The notes under the pieces were generated by a model, which had not been told where the DNA came from, did no database searches, and worked only from the letters and a program-made list of their open reading frames with translations. The position numbers and the translations under genes are program-made. A stretch of DNA of 64,000 nt from the human T2T-CHM13v2.0 reference genome, Homo sapiens, in NCBI RefSeq assembly GCF_009914755.1, contig NC_060927.1, one strand, 5' to 3'. Of this stretch, positions 1 through 12,053 are shown one piece after another. How positions within the stretch are numbered: the first letter of the stretch is position 1; each line of letters opens with the position of its first letter.

Positions 1-535
1 CTAAGAACCATTTGCCTTGTGTGGGAAGAGATTGATAGGTGGAAGTTTCAGCAGGGGAATAGGTGGGAGTGACCCATGTGAAGGAGAAAGAAGTTGGAAT
101 GCTAGCTGCTTGTCTAGCCACCTTATCAGCATAAGCGTTGCCTAGAGCAATGGGATCTGACACCTTTTGATGGCCTTTGCAGTGAATGACTCAAGTTTCC
201 TTTGGAAGTAAAGCGGCCTTGAGCAGAGTTTTTATTAAAGAGGCATTAATGCTGGAGGACCCTTGCGTAGTGAGGAAACCTCTTTCAGCCCATATAACAG
301 CATGGTGGTGCAGAATATGGAAGGCATATTTAGAGTCAGTATAAGTATTGACATGTTGTCCTTTTGCAAGAGTGAGGGCCTGAGTTGAGGCAACTAATTT
401 GGCTTGCTGAGAGGTAGTGGAGGCGGGCAGAGCAGTAGCCTCAATGATAGGTGTGGAAGATACTATAGCATAGCCTGCCTTTGCTGGTGAGTGGTGATTA
501 GCCTGGTGGAGCTGCCATCAATAAACCAAGTGTGT

Positions 536-850
536 TCAGGGTGAGGAACATGAAAGAATATGGGGAAATGGAGTGAATGTCAGGTGGATCAGAGACATAC
601 AGTCATGGGGGTCAGGTGTGGTATCAGGAATAATGTGGGAAGCCGGATTGGAGTCCGGGTGAGGAACAATGGTAACTGTGGGAAACTTAGCAAAGAGTGA
701 GTACAGCTGAAGGAGCCAGGGAGCAGAAAGTATATGTGTCAGGTGTGAGGAAGAAAATAGATTTTGGAAGTTATGAGAACTGTAGAGAGTGAGTTGAGCA
801 TAGTTTGTGATTTTGAGGGCCTCTAAAAGTATTAGGGTGGTGGCAGCCAC
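536..850 (-). pseudogene. HERV-H pol remnant (RT connection/tether region before RNase H)
   Basis: ORF AATTLILLEALKITNYAQLTLYSSHNFQNL...PDPHDC resembles the gammaretrovirus-like pol connection region. Flanking frames are disrupted. Confidence 0.75.
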
Positions 851-1309
851 CGCACGCAGACATCAGGGCTAGGCTAAAACAGTAAGGTCAAGTTGTTTGG
901 ATAAAAAGGCTACAGGGCACAGTCCCGGTTCTTGTGTAAGAATTCCGACTGCATAGCCCTGCAGTTCGGCTGTGTGTAATGAAAAGGGTTGGGATGAGTC
1001 AGGGAGAGCTAGTGTGGGGGCAGTCTCTAAAGCTGTCTTCAAGGAATGGAAAGAGGAGTGGGGAAAGGATTTAGGATCTATGGGATCAGCTAGGTTTCCT
1101 TTTGTGAGTTTATCTAATGGTTTTCTTAGGATGGCAAAACCAGGTACCTAAAGTCAAAAGTATCCAACCATGCCTAGGAAGGAAAAAGAGTTGTTTTGTA
1201 GAAGGTGTTGGGGTTTGAGAGATCAGTTGGACATGATTAGCAGGGAGAGCATTTGTGTTTTTATGAGAGTTATGCCGAGATAGGTAACAGATGAGGAAGA
1301 AATTGGGCT

Positions 1310-1771
1310 TTACTGACAGTGGGGGCTGTCTGTGAAGGCTTGCGGCAGTACGGCCCAGGTAATTTGCTGAGCCTGATGGGTGTCAGGGTCAGTCCAAGTG
1401 AAAGCGAAGAGAGGCTGGGATAAAGGGTACAAAGGAATAGTAAAGAAAGCATGTTTGAGATCCAGAACAGAAAAATGGGTTGTGGAGGGAGGTATTGAGG
1501 ATAGGAGAGTATATGGGTTTGGCACCACGGGGTGGATAGGCAAAACAATTTGGTTGATAAGGGGCAGATTCTGAACTAACCTGTAAGCCTTGTCTGGTTT
1601 TTGAACAGGTAAAATGGGGGAATTGTAAGGGGAGTTTATAGGCCTTAAAAGGCCGTGCTGTAGCAGGCGAGTGATAACAGGCTTTAATCTTTTTAAAGCA
1701 TGCCGTGGGATGGGATATTGGCATTGAGTGGGGTAAGGGTGATTAGGTTTTAATGGGATGGTAAGGTGCAT
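1310..1771 (-). pseudogene. HERV-H reverse transcriptase N-terminal remnant
   Basis: Motifs SPYNSPILPVQKPD..YRLVQNL, FSVLDLKHAFFTIPL, FAFTWTDP and LPQAFTDSPH. The ORF ends before the YxDD motif. Confidence 0.92.
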
Positions 1772-1802
1772 GATGGGTCACTAAGGAGGGAGTAGAGGTG
1801 TC

Positions 1803-2162
1803 CTATACTTGTGGTTTAAGGTGGGGAGATACAAGGGGAGGATGTGAAGGAGGGTTTGAATTGGAGAAAAGGGTGGCAATGAGGTGTGGCTGTAGCCTAG
1901 GAATAGTCAGGGAAGCAGATAATTTAATTAAAATGTTTCTGCCTAATAAGGGAACTGGGCAGGTGGGGATAACTAAAAAGGAGTGCTTAGAAGAGTATTG
2001 TCTAAGTTGGCACCAGAGTTGGGGAGTTTTAAGAGGTTTAGTAGCCTGGCCGTCAGTACCCACAACAGTTATGGAGGCAAGGGAAACAGGCCCCTGAAAA
2101 GAAGGTAATGTGGAGTGGGTAGCCTCTGTATTGATTAAGAAGGGGACGGACTTATCTTCCAT
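1803..2162 (-). pseudogene. HERV-H aspartyl protease remnant (catalytic DTGA reads NTEA)
   Basis: FLINTEATHSTLP...VVGTDG...CPVPLLGRNIL follows the retropepsin layout but lacks the catalytic Asp. Confidence 0.9.
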
Positions 2163-2199
2163 TGTGAGAGTTACCCAGAGTGTCTCTGATGGTCCTGTA

Positions 2200-3480
2200 G
2201 GCTTCCGAGGTGACTGGGCAGTGTCAGTCTTCAGCTGCTAAACCAAGAAGATCTGGGAAGGACTCAGTCAGAGAGCCTTGGGCCAGAGTTCCATGGGCTC
2301 TGGAAGTGGCTGCCAGGTGAGTAGAACAGTCCAATTTTCAGTGGGGTCCCGTACAGATGGGACATGGCTTAGGAGGAATCCTGGGCTACGGGCATTCCTT
2401 GGCCCAGTGGCCAGATTTCTGGCACTTGTAGCAAGCTCCTGGGGGAGGAGGTTCTGGAGGAACCCCTGGCAGCTGCGGTTCAGGTGTTTGGAGTTCTTGT
2501 GTGCTGGAGATGTGGCTGGGGTTTGTCTCACAGTGGAGGCAAGGAATTGCAACTCAGAAATACATTGCTACTTGGGTGCCTCTACTTTATTATTGTACAC
2601 CTTGAAGGCGAGGTTAATTAAGTCATGTTGTAGGGTTTGAGGGCCAGAATTTAATTTTTGGAGTTTTATTTAATGTCGGGAGTGGATTGGGTAATAAAAT
2701 GTATATTGAGAATAAGATGGCCTTTTGACATTTTAGGGTCTAGGGCTGTAAAGCGTCTCTGGGTTGCTGCCAAATGAGCCATGAACTGGGCTGGGTTTTT
2801 ATATTTGAAGAAAAAGAGCCTAAACGCCATCTGATTTGGGATAAAGAAAAAGGAGCATTAACCTTGACTATGCCTTTAGTTCCAGCCACCTTTTTAAGAG
2901 GAAATTGCTGGGCAGGTGGGGGAGGGCTAGTTGCGGAACTAAACTGTAAGCCGGACTGGGTGTGAGGAGGAGAGGTGATAAAAGGATTACAGGGTTTGGG
3001 AGCAGAGGCTGAGGAAGAATTGGGACCTAGCTAGGCCTGTTGAGGGGCAGCCTGGGGAGGAGGGGAGAAGTCAGATGGGTCTGTAGGAAAGGAAGATTAG
3101 AAAGACTCAGTGATGCTTGGGGTTGGGACTGAGAGGACAGGCAGGAGGGAAAGAAGGAGGATTTGGGATGAGTCGCATTGGGAACAGAGACTAGGGAGGG
3201 AGCAATGTATAAAAGAATGCCTGGACGTCAGGCGTCTCAGACCATTTGCCCATTTTACGACAAGAATTATCTAGATCTTGTAGGATGGAAAAATCGAAAG
3301 TGCCATTTTCTGGCTATTTGGAACCACTGTCGAGTTTGTATTGGGGTCAAGTGGCATTGTAGAAGAAAATAAGGCATTTAGGTTTTAGGTCAGGTGTGAG
3401 TTGAAGAGGTTTTAAGTTCTTGAGAACACAGGCTAAGGGAGAAGAGGGAGGAATGGAGGGTGGAAGGTTGCCCATAGTGA
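2200..3480 (-). pseudogene. HERV-H gag remnant with nucleocapsid CCHC zinc knuckle
   Basis: The reverse complement of about 2391-2440 encodes GACYKCQKSGHWAKEC (Cx2Cx4Hx4C). MGNLPPSIPPSSPLACVLKNLKPL begins near 3475. There are multiple stops and frameshifts. Confidence 0.8.
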
Positions 3481-4053
3481 AGGAGGCAAGCCCAGAGAAA
3501 AGAGAGAGTAGAGACACAGAGAGAAGGGGTGGGGGATGCTTGCCCCCCAGGAAAGTGGAGAAGGGGTAGAGACATGGAGAGAAGGGGTTGGGGGGGTTCT
3601 TGCCCCCCAAAAAGCGGTACTTGCTGCTAAGGGTGAAGGACCAAGGCAGGCATCCTCGCGTGGTCAGACACCTCTGAAACACGGGTGAATAATCAGGCAG
3701 GTGTCCCGTGCGATTAAACACCAAGGGAAGACTGTCTTCCCGAGTCCGTGACCTGCGCCAGAGTTTTGGGTTCACGGATAAAATGCGTCTCCTTTGTCTA
3801 CCAGAAAAGGAAAGGAACTGAAATTGAGAGAAGGGAGAGATTGAAGTGTGGCACCAAGATTGAAAGGAGAAGGAGGTTGAGGGATAGTGAGAGAGGTTGG
3901 AGAAGAGAGTAAAGAGAGGCCGCTTACACAATTTAAAATTGGTGAGATGTTCCTTGGGTTGGTTGGTCTGAGGACCTGAGGTCGTAGGTGGATCTTTCTC
4001 ACGGAGCAAGGAGCAGGAGGACAGGGGATTGATTTCCCAAGGGAGGTCCTCCG

Positions 4054-4071
4054 ATCCGAGTCATGGCATCA
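4054..4071 (-). other. tRNA-His primer binding site
   Basis: The minus strand reads TGATGCCATGACTCGGAT versus the canonical TGGTGCCGTGACTCGGAT (2 mismatches), directly after the LTR end ...GTGAAA. Confidence 0.9.
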
Positions 4072-4072
4072 A

Positions 4073-4177
4073 TTTCACTCGTGTCCATGTGAAGAGAACA
4101 CCAAACAGGCTTTGTGTGAGCAATAAAGCTTTTTAATCACCTGGGTGCAGGTGGGCTCAGTCTGAAAAGAGAGTCAG
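4073..4177 (-). mobile_element. LTR7-type R-U5 only; U3 and TATA box absent
   Basis: The minus strand CTGACTCTCTTTTCAGACTGAGCCCACCTGCACCCAGGTGATTAAAAAGCTTTATTGCTCACACAAAGCCTGTTTGGTG... matches LTR7 R/U5. Similarity stops abruptly at 4177. Confidence 0.9.
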
Positions 4178-4328
4178 ACGCATCATAGGGTATTTAGCAG
4201 CATTTATGATCTTTACTTACTAGATGCCAGTAGCACCCTGGCTCCCAGCTATGACACCCAAAAATATTTCTAGAGATTGCCAAATATCCCCTGAGGGGAA
4301 AACTCACCCCCAAAGTTGAGAACCACAG
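4178..4328. mobile_element. MER20 (hAT-Charlie) DNA transposon, partial
   Basis: TTTAGCAGCAT...CTAGATGCCAGTAGCACC...ATTGCCAAAT...GTTGAGAACCACAG matches MER20, including one terminal inverted repeat. Confidence 0.8.
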
Positions 4329-4734
4329 TTATAAAATATTCTGTGACTGCTTACAAGTTACAAAGAAAATTTTGAATTCTTACAGCTAGAAGTCTTATTA
4401 TCTGAACTAGGATACTTCCCTGGGCAAGATTTTAAAAACTGAATTTCAGTTTCCTAACTGTAAACAACCAAGTAATCTTTAGTTGTTCTGACTCAATACC
4501 CTGCCCTCATCTTTTCTGATGCTAAAGAGCAGTTGGGTAACATAACAGTTCTTTCAGGCAACTGTCATGTGTCTCTCACCAGCAAGGCCACACATTTTTT
4601 CCAGTCATCATTACCTCCTGCCATCCCTCTATCTCCAGAAGCTCAAATCTGGCTCTCTCTCTTTTTACTTCTATTTGTAAATATGCTGTTTCTTGCAGTC
4701 AGAGATCATGGATCAGCAATAGCTCAAAATATTG

Positions 4735-5130
4735 GTCAAGATGCTGCTGCTTCATAAAACCCTAAATCTTAGTGGCTTATTATTTAATACAAGTTTTTCA
4801 CATATATCATAGTCTATCACATGTATATTTATGGTTGAGCACTTCATGTGATCCATGGGACCCAGGTTCCTTCCATTCTGTGATTCTACTCATCTCTAGG
4901 TCCTTGGAGTGCTGACTTAACAAAATATTGAATGGGCAGAGACCATGAGGAAGATTCACTCACATCTTAAACATCTCAGCCCCGAAATAGCATATAAAAC
5001 CCATTCTCATTTCATTTTCCAGAACTCAGTCATTAACCACATCTAACTGCAAGTCAGGTTGGAAAATGGAGTCAAGTGGTGTAGTCATCTGAAAAAAGGA
5101 ATTAGTTTTGCTAACAATCTTGGCCACACT
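4735..5130 (-). mobile_element. Old MaLR LTR (MLT1J/K/L-like)
   Basis: Motifs CCCTAAATCTTAGTGGCTTA and GGGACCCAGGTTCCTTCCAT; highly diverged. Confidence 0.45.
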
Positions 5131-7399
5131 CAACTTCTTCCAATTCATCTAGTCACATAGCTTTCTTCTGGCTCTACTTAGCTCTTGGCTATTCCTGGAA
5201 ACCAAAGTGGGCTCCATCAAAGGTTTTTTCCTTAATAACCTGGGTTTCTTTGCTCCAAGGAGTATCTTCTGTACTTGCTCATCAATTTTTGCTGGTTTAA
5301 GCCTGAGTCATCTTCAGGGTCTCCTTTATCTTCACTGTTCCAAGCTTCAGTATAACGTAATGGCTGATGAAAGTGGTGACTCTCAATTCATTTCATGCTC
5401 CCCAATGGTAGCTTGGCTCCTATGCTTCCTAATAGTGTATCCATTTTGGTTTGTCGTTGGGAATCCTTTTAATTCTCTGGCATTATTTTTATAATGTTTG
5501 TTTCCATTGTTTTTTCATATTCCTTAAGCCAGAATCCTCTTTCCCTTATGACTCTTGACAGATGACTTCTTATGCTACTTTACTTTTAAAATGAAGATTA
5601 TTAAAAGGAAAATTTTTATCCACTCCTTTCTTTACTTCAGTGTTGAGCTGTAATTTTTTTCATCTTTTCTTCATTCTTTTCCTAGCCAGATGAGAGGTAC
5701 TGCTCTTCTATGAAATCACACCTTATAAAACTGACCCTATCACTGGATACTTGCTGGGACAGCTTCCCTCAGTTGTCCCCAGCCTCTCAGTGCTTCCGAT
5801 AGTTCTTTAATTTATGTTTGTGGATTAGATACATGGATGTGTAAGTGGCAAGTTGCTAGAGTAAAATATCTACTCTGCTTCTTTTTTTTAAAATACTACT
5901 GACATTTGCTGAAATTTCTGAAATTGTGGACCTCTTCTTCCAGCTTCGTAAAAATTACACTCTTTAAGACTTCTGGACCTCATGGAAGACTGCTGACTTT
6001 TCAAACTTTGTGACTTTTCCTTAGTTCAAATACACTCCCTAGAACATTGGCTCTGTTATCTACCTCTTGTTTCTTGAAATTCTTATATATCTTAGCAACT
6101 TTCCCATCATCCTATCCTCATCTTCATCTCCTCTTTATGGCCACTTATCTCTTTGTAAGATTATGATTATGGAGACGCCACTATTTGCTGGATATTCTGG
6201 AAGGTTCTGAGGATCAAAGATAAAGATGCTTTTCCTCATGCATTCAGCGTCTTTCTCTTCTTTTCTCTAAATATTTAGTCTTTGGTTCTCTCTCTCTTTC
6301 TCTGTCTCTTTCTGCTTTACAAACCTCTCCCTTGAAGAAGAGTAATTTTTATAATATTGTCTCTTAGATCTATGCAAATGTCTCTCATATTTGGAATTGA
6401 GCTTCTACGAAGGCCAGTGCCATTTTTCTCCTGCTGTTTACTGCCCATCTCCATGGAAAACAAGTGAGTCTATAGTAAATTATGGCACCTGCCTTTTTTT
6501 CTAACTTCTACCCATCTTATTCTCCAACGTTAGACCTGTATGCCTCAATTATTATTTTATAAAAACACTTTAATTACAACTTTTCATGTAGAAATATCAG
6601 AAAATATTAGAAAAAAGTAATATTCACTTCTAACTGCATCAGCTAGATAGAGCTAATGTTAATGATTTGTTGTGCAGAGTGTACATTATATATGTTCATT
6701 TAGGGATCATCTTCTGTGTAGTCTTTGTAAACCTTTTTCACTTCATATGTCGCGAGCATTTTTCCTTCTCTATAGGTACATTTACATCATTTTTAATGGC
6801 TGCATAATTTTCCATAATTTGATTAACATTGTCTAAAGAATGCTGCAATTTGCAGACTGGTAGGCAATTCCTTCCTCACATCTTTATTTTTCCATAGGAC
6901 ACATTCCCAGAAGTGAAAGTGCAGATTCAAAGAACCTGTAAGTATTTAATGAGTCTGGTCAATCAGCGTTGCTCAGGGGGACTCTTTGCCTTCACGCATC
7001 AATTGAGTAAATATCCAAAGGGTTCTTGTTATGTTCCATGCCCTATACTCCTGTTTTTCCAACTTCTCTTCTCTCCAATTTATTTTTCATTTTACCAGGT
7101 TAATCTTGCTTAAACCTTGTCTGCATCTGTCATTTCCCTTCATGGAAACCTCCTCAGTACAATCATACCTAATGACTAAAGCCTGACTTTCTGGCCTGCC
7201 AGTCAAGCCCTACTCCCTTTTACACAAGTGCACACACACACACACACGTGCACACAAGTCTCAGCCTTCCTTTCCAATTAGGGATTCTGCTACCTTCCCA
7301 TATGAACCTTCCACATCTCTGCAGGCTGATGTCCTGTCCTTCTGGTACTCCTTATTCATCCCTGATTCACCCACCACTCTTTCAAAGAACCAGAAAGGT

Positions 7400-7747
<348 letters not shown>

Positions 7748-7904
7748 TCAGTGGTGGTATTTCTTCTCAAGCCCTGATTTGTCATGCGTTAGTGTTATCC
7801 TGAAAGGTGCAAGTATACTAAGCTCCTTCTGGGTACAACTGAAATTATATTTATTTCTCACTCCCCTGAACAGAATACTATGTACTTACTCTATTTTTAT
7901 AGCT

Positions 7905-8030
7905 CATAAATGTATTTAACATTTATTGAGCATCTACTATGTGCTGGTTACTATACTTAGTTCTGTGGATACAATAATAACTAAGTTAGCTGAGGTCTTC
8001 ATCCATATCACATAGGAATCTAAGAGTTTG
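7905..8030 (-). mobile_element. L2 3' end fragment
   Basis: ACATTTATTGAGCATCTACTATGTGC is the typical L2 terminal motif. Confidence 0.6.
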
Positions 8031-8420
8031 CAAAGTTTTTACTTTCCAGACCTACCCATTTGAACATACATACCCTAAATACCCATATATTCCCCATAGG
8101 CTTAATTATGGGTTGCTGTCCTTCTACTCCTTTCTCAAGACTACTTCCTGATAAACTTCTTTTACAAACAAGTAAAAACCTAGAAGTCCAATGAAGTCCA
8201 TTATTTATAAAATTCTATTCTGCATTATCTGGCCTATCCAGTGTAATAAATGAAAGTATTCAAATAATTTCAGGGATAATGGAGCCCAGATTCAAAGACA
8301 ACTTCTCAAAGACAATTCTGTGGCTGTCCATGGTATGACTTTTCGCATTTTGAAGAAAAATACACACAATATACTTTTACATTGGAATTTTCTAGTGTTA
8401 AGTATTGTTAAATGAAAGTA

Positions 8421-8620
8421 GGCCAGGCATGGTGGCTCACGCCTGTAATCCCAGCACTTTGGGAGGCTGAGTCGGGCAGATCACCTGAGGTCGGGAGGCT
8501 GAGGCAGGACAATCACTTGAACCTGGTAGGCGGAGGTTGCTGTGAGCCAAGATTGCGCCGTCGCATACCAGCCTGGGGAACAAGAGCAAAACTCGGGCTC
8601 AAAAGAAAAAAAAAAAAAAA
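8421..8620 (+). mobile_element. AluS (Sp/Sq-like) with about 100-bp internal deletion
   Basis: Left-arm 5' part is fused to the right arm at TCGGGAG. ACAAGAGCAAAACTC end, poly(A) tail, and AAAGTA on both sides. Confidence 0.9.
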
Positions 8621-9560
8621 GTAAACACAGATCATGCAAAAACACATAAAAATAAAAGTAAATGGAACTAGATCACCACTATGAAGGATTATACACTGAA
8701 CAATAAAGCAATGCAAATGTGATTGTCTTTATTTCTAATCCCCCAAATATTGAAATGAATTCAGTTTGGATGGATGTCTCAGCTCTGAAAAATCCTTTAA
8801 TTGAGAAAACAGGAAATCCCCAGGTTGTGATGGGTTCTATTAGATTCTCTTTTGCACTGTGAAATATACAATTTTGTGATTACCTTAAATTTAGACTTTA
8901 AGGAAATACCTTACAGAAGGTGTATATATTAAGTTCTCTCAGGATCAGCATTTTCCATAGGGATCATGAGAACCTGAGCAGGAAATGTTGGGTGATTAGG
9001 GAAATTTTATACTTTCATTTGTAACAAATAATTTACAGGGAAAGAAAGGTAGAATCTTACAAGTAAAGGGATTAGGCAAAAGTCCAACTAGGGATTTAAG
9101 TGATCAATATGTTTCCTTTGGCTAATCTAATAGTAAACTTAGGTCCAAGAAATTAGGAAAAAAGTCAACAGAACTATGCTGTTAATAAAAGATGAAAGAA
9201 AAGAAGCAATAATGATGATTTATTCACAAGTTTTCAGAGACTTACTGAAAAATTTTCGTAGGCATAATGTAATGATTCTTCATTCTGTTTATTCAACCTT
9301 TCTACTCAAGATAATCTAAAGAAAAGTATGAGAATCAAAATGATTAATGAATGTATTTCAGTTTCAATACACCTGAAATTTTGAATGATAATTTAAACTG
9401 GAAAAGACATTTTTAATGGTAGAATTGTTACTTCTTTTGGATTTAATTCACTGGGAAGTTAGTGGGAAGTTAGAAAATTTGGTGTTTTAGAGACTATTTC
9501 TGAAAGCACAGAGGCTACATTTAGTAATAGATATAATAAAGAATATAAATATCTTCATAC

Positions 9561-9585
9561 ATATATATATATATATATATATATA
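9561..9585. repeat. (TA)n microsatellite
   Basis: Uninterrupted ATATAT run. Confidence 0.9.
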
Positions 9586-10509
9586 GTTACAAAAAATAGA
9601 TGTGTCTAGATTAGCTAGACATAAGGAAAACTTTTGGCTGATATACTGTGCTGTGTCTCCATGTCTATTCTTTTTTTACATCACAAAGTCTAAAAGCCTG
9701 AAATTTTATTTTATTGTTTTTACACCCCTTAAGCATAAATTTCACTATCTTAACAGTTCACTTGTTTCCAAGACAGATAACCTAGTGTCCCTGATATAGC
9801 CCATATGTGTCTTGGTAGTGAATGGCTGTTCATAAACTGTGAGTGCAAAGATGGCTTAGTGCATATGTTTTTGTAGTCAATTTCTTTTTTAAGCTGAGGC
9901 ACACCATTTTTCTAAGAACTCTCTTGTTACTGTGCTCATTAATCAGTTTTTGTTTGCAATAACAGTGTTCACATGATAACAAGGCTTGTAGAAATATTAT
10001 TTCAGGACTCAAAATCCTTACCAATGTACAGATTGCAAGGGACTAGAAGAGGGAAGAACATCCTATTGATGAAATTTCTGGGTCACAACCCTGGCCCTTG
10101 TGGATTACTGCAGTTGAAGGTGTTCAAGAAGAGGGTGCGTCACCACCTGGAAACTAGAATATGTTTAAAGGATGTTTTAGATTGTGAATGCTGGAACTAC
10201 ATTAGCAGTTTATTTTATCCTGATTTTTTTCTTTGAGTCCCAAATTCAGAGAATAAACTCCTTAAGTCATAGCATATGGTTGTCACTATTATCCATTCAA
10301 GAGCCTTCTTTTTTCTAATTTTTATTCATTTGGCCTTCCCTTTCTTTCCCAATCCTCACTTCTATTTTATTTCCTCAAATAGAAATGAACTCAACATATT
10401 TATGTCCTTAAATGTGCATGTATTCCTATAAAATGTGTAGACTTTATGAGTATATGTGTTTTAAATGTTCGTAAGTGGTATTATTTCTCAATCTCTTTTT
10501 TTCCTTCTC

Positions 10510-11500
10510 TTAGCTTTTTATTTTGAAATACTTTTAAATTCATGGAAAAGGGGCAAGAATACTAAAAAGAATTCCAGGATACCCTTCACTCAGATTCATT
10601 CATTAATATCATTTGACCACATTTGCTCTATCATTATTTCTCTATAAATACACATTTGTATTTTTTTCTGAACCATTTGAGAGTAAGTTGCTGACATGGT
10701 TTGGCTGTGTCCTCACCCAATTCTCTTGAAGTGTAACTCCCACAATTCCCACCCATCATGGGAGGAACCCAGTGGGAGATGGTTGAATTATGGGGGCGGG
10801 TCTTTACCATGCTGTTCTTGTGATAGTGAATGAGTCTCATGAGATCTGATGGCTTTAAAAACAAGAGTTTGCCTGCACAAGCTCTCTCTTTGCCTGCTGC
10901 CATCCATGTAAAACATGACTTGCTCCTCCTTGCCTTCTGCTGTGATTGTAGGGCTTCCCCAGTCACGTGAAACTATAAGTCCAATTAAACCTCTTTCTTT
11001 TGTAAATTTCTCAGTCTTGGGTATGTCTGTATAAGCAGCATGAAAATGGACTAATATGGTTGCATACAGGATACCCCTTTACCCTAAATGCATCAGTGTG
11101 AATTTTCTAAGAACAAAAACATTCTTTAACATAATATAGTACAATTATTCAAATCAGGAAATTTATACTGATATAATACTATGATCTAATCTACAGTCCA
11201 TATTCAGGTTCTGCCGCTTGCCCCATAATGTCCTTCATGACAATTTTTTTCCTTGGTCCAGGCTCTAATCTAGGATCCTACCTTGCATTTAGTTGTCAAA
11301 TCTTTTTAGTTTCCTTTAATATGAGTACAGTTCCTTAAACGTATTTTGCCTTTCATTATATTGACATTTTTAAGCATGCAGGTCAGTTGTTTTGTAGACT
11401 GTTCCTAAATTTGGGTATGTCTGGTGTTCATGCATTTTTGGGCAGGAATGCCACAGAAGTGATGTTGTGTTCTTAGTGCATCAAATCAGGAAGCCCATGA
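10510..11500 (-). mobile_element. Old L1M (L1MC/ME-like) 3' fragment interrupted by THE1
   Basis: TTTTATTTTGAAATA...TTTCTGAACCATTTGAGAGTAAGTTGC resumes after the THE1 with ...AAATCAGGAAATTTA. Confidence 0.6.
10692..11058 (+). mobile_element. THE1 (THE1A/B-like) MaLR solo LTR with 5-bp TSD
   Basis: Starts TGACATGGTTTGGCTGTGTCC and ends GGACTAATATG. TSD GTTGC at 10687-10691 and 11059-11063. Confidence 0.93.
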
Positions 11501-11592
11501 GCTAGCATCATTCATAATGGTTGCCCAGTATTCTACTAGTTCATTCAAACCAATTTCCTATTATATCATGTTTAGGTGGTTCTCAATTTTGC

Positions 11593-11754
11593 TTTTTGTT
11601 TTTTGTAGAGATAGGGTCTTGCTCTGTCACTCAGCCTGGAGTGCAGTGGCACATGCATAGCTCAATATAACCTCAAACTCCTGGGCTCAAGCCATCCTCC
11701 TACCTTGGACTCCCAAAGCACTGGGATTACAGGTGTGTGCCACCACACCTGGCC
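11593..11754 (-). mobile_element. Alu monomer (FRAM/FAM-like)
   Basis: A single arm of about 160 bp with poly(T) at the left and CCACCACACCTGGCC at the right. Confidence 0.8.
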
Positions 11755-12053
11755 TTCAATTTTTAAACATAATGATAAACTATGATGAGGTAAATATTCT
11801 TGAACTTACATGTTTGCATGGCTGTCTAATTATTTCCTTAGGCTAAATTCTAGATGTAAAACCACTGAGTGAAAGGGTGAAAACATAGACTTGTTTTAAA
11901 GCTCTTGGTCCCTAGTGTTGCCAAGCCATTCTCCAGAAAGCAGTGCAGGTCTTTCTACTCCAGTTAGTAGCATCTGCCTATGTCTTGCTCTTTCCAACCC
12001 TCCCTATCAGAATCCTTGCCACTTTGATAAATGAAATGGTATTGCATTATTGT

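Larger units (their letters stand above)
1..4177 (-). mobile_element. HERV-H endogenous retrovirus (R-U5, PBS, leader, gag, pro and part of pol); continues beyond the left window edge
   Basis: tRNA-His PBS, LTR7 R/U5 sequence, CCHC zinc knuckle, protease and RT motifs lie in retroviral order on the minus strand. The minus strand is C-rich and G-poor, as is typical of HERV-H. Confidence 0.95.

Noticed and set aside
1310-2162. APOBEC3 hypermutation suggested by DTGA>NTEA and QDL>QNL
   Set aside because: As I recall, NTEA is common to many HERV-H copies, and a few changes are not enough without alignment to the consensus.
3495-3612. Direct repeats in the HERV-H leader (CTTGCCCCC units)
   Set aside because: An ordinary feature of the HERV-H leader region.
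3347-4009. Longest ORF (220 aa) as a novel gene
   Set aside because: It lies in the C-rich HERV-H leader and gag start, where stop codons are scarce, and it begins at a non-ATG codon.
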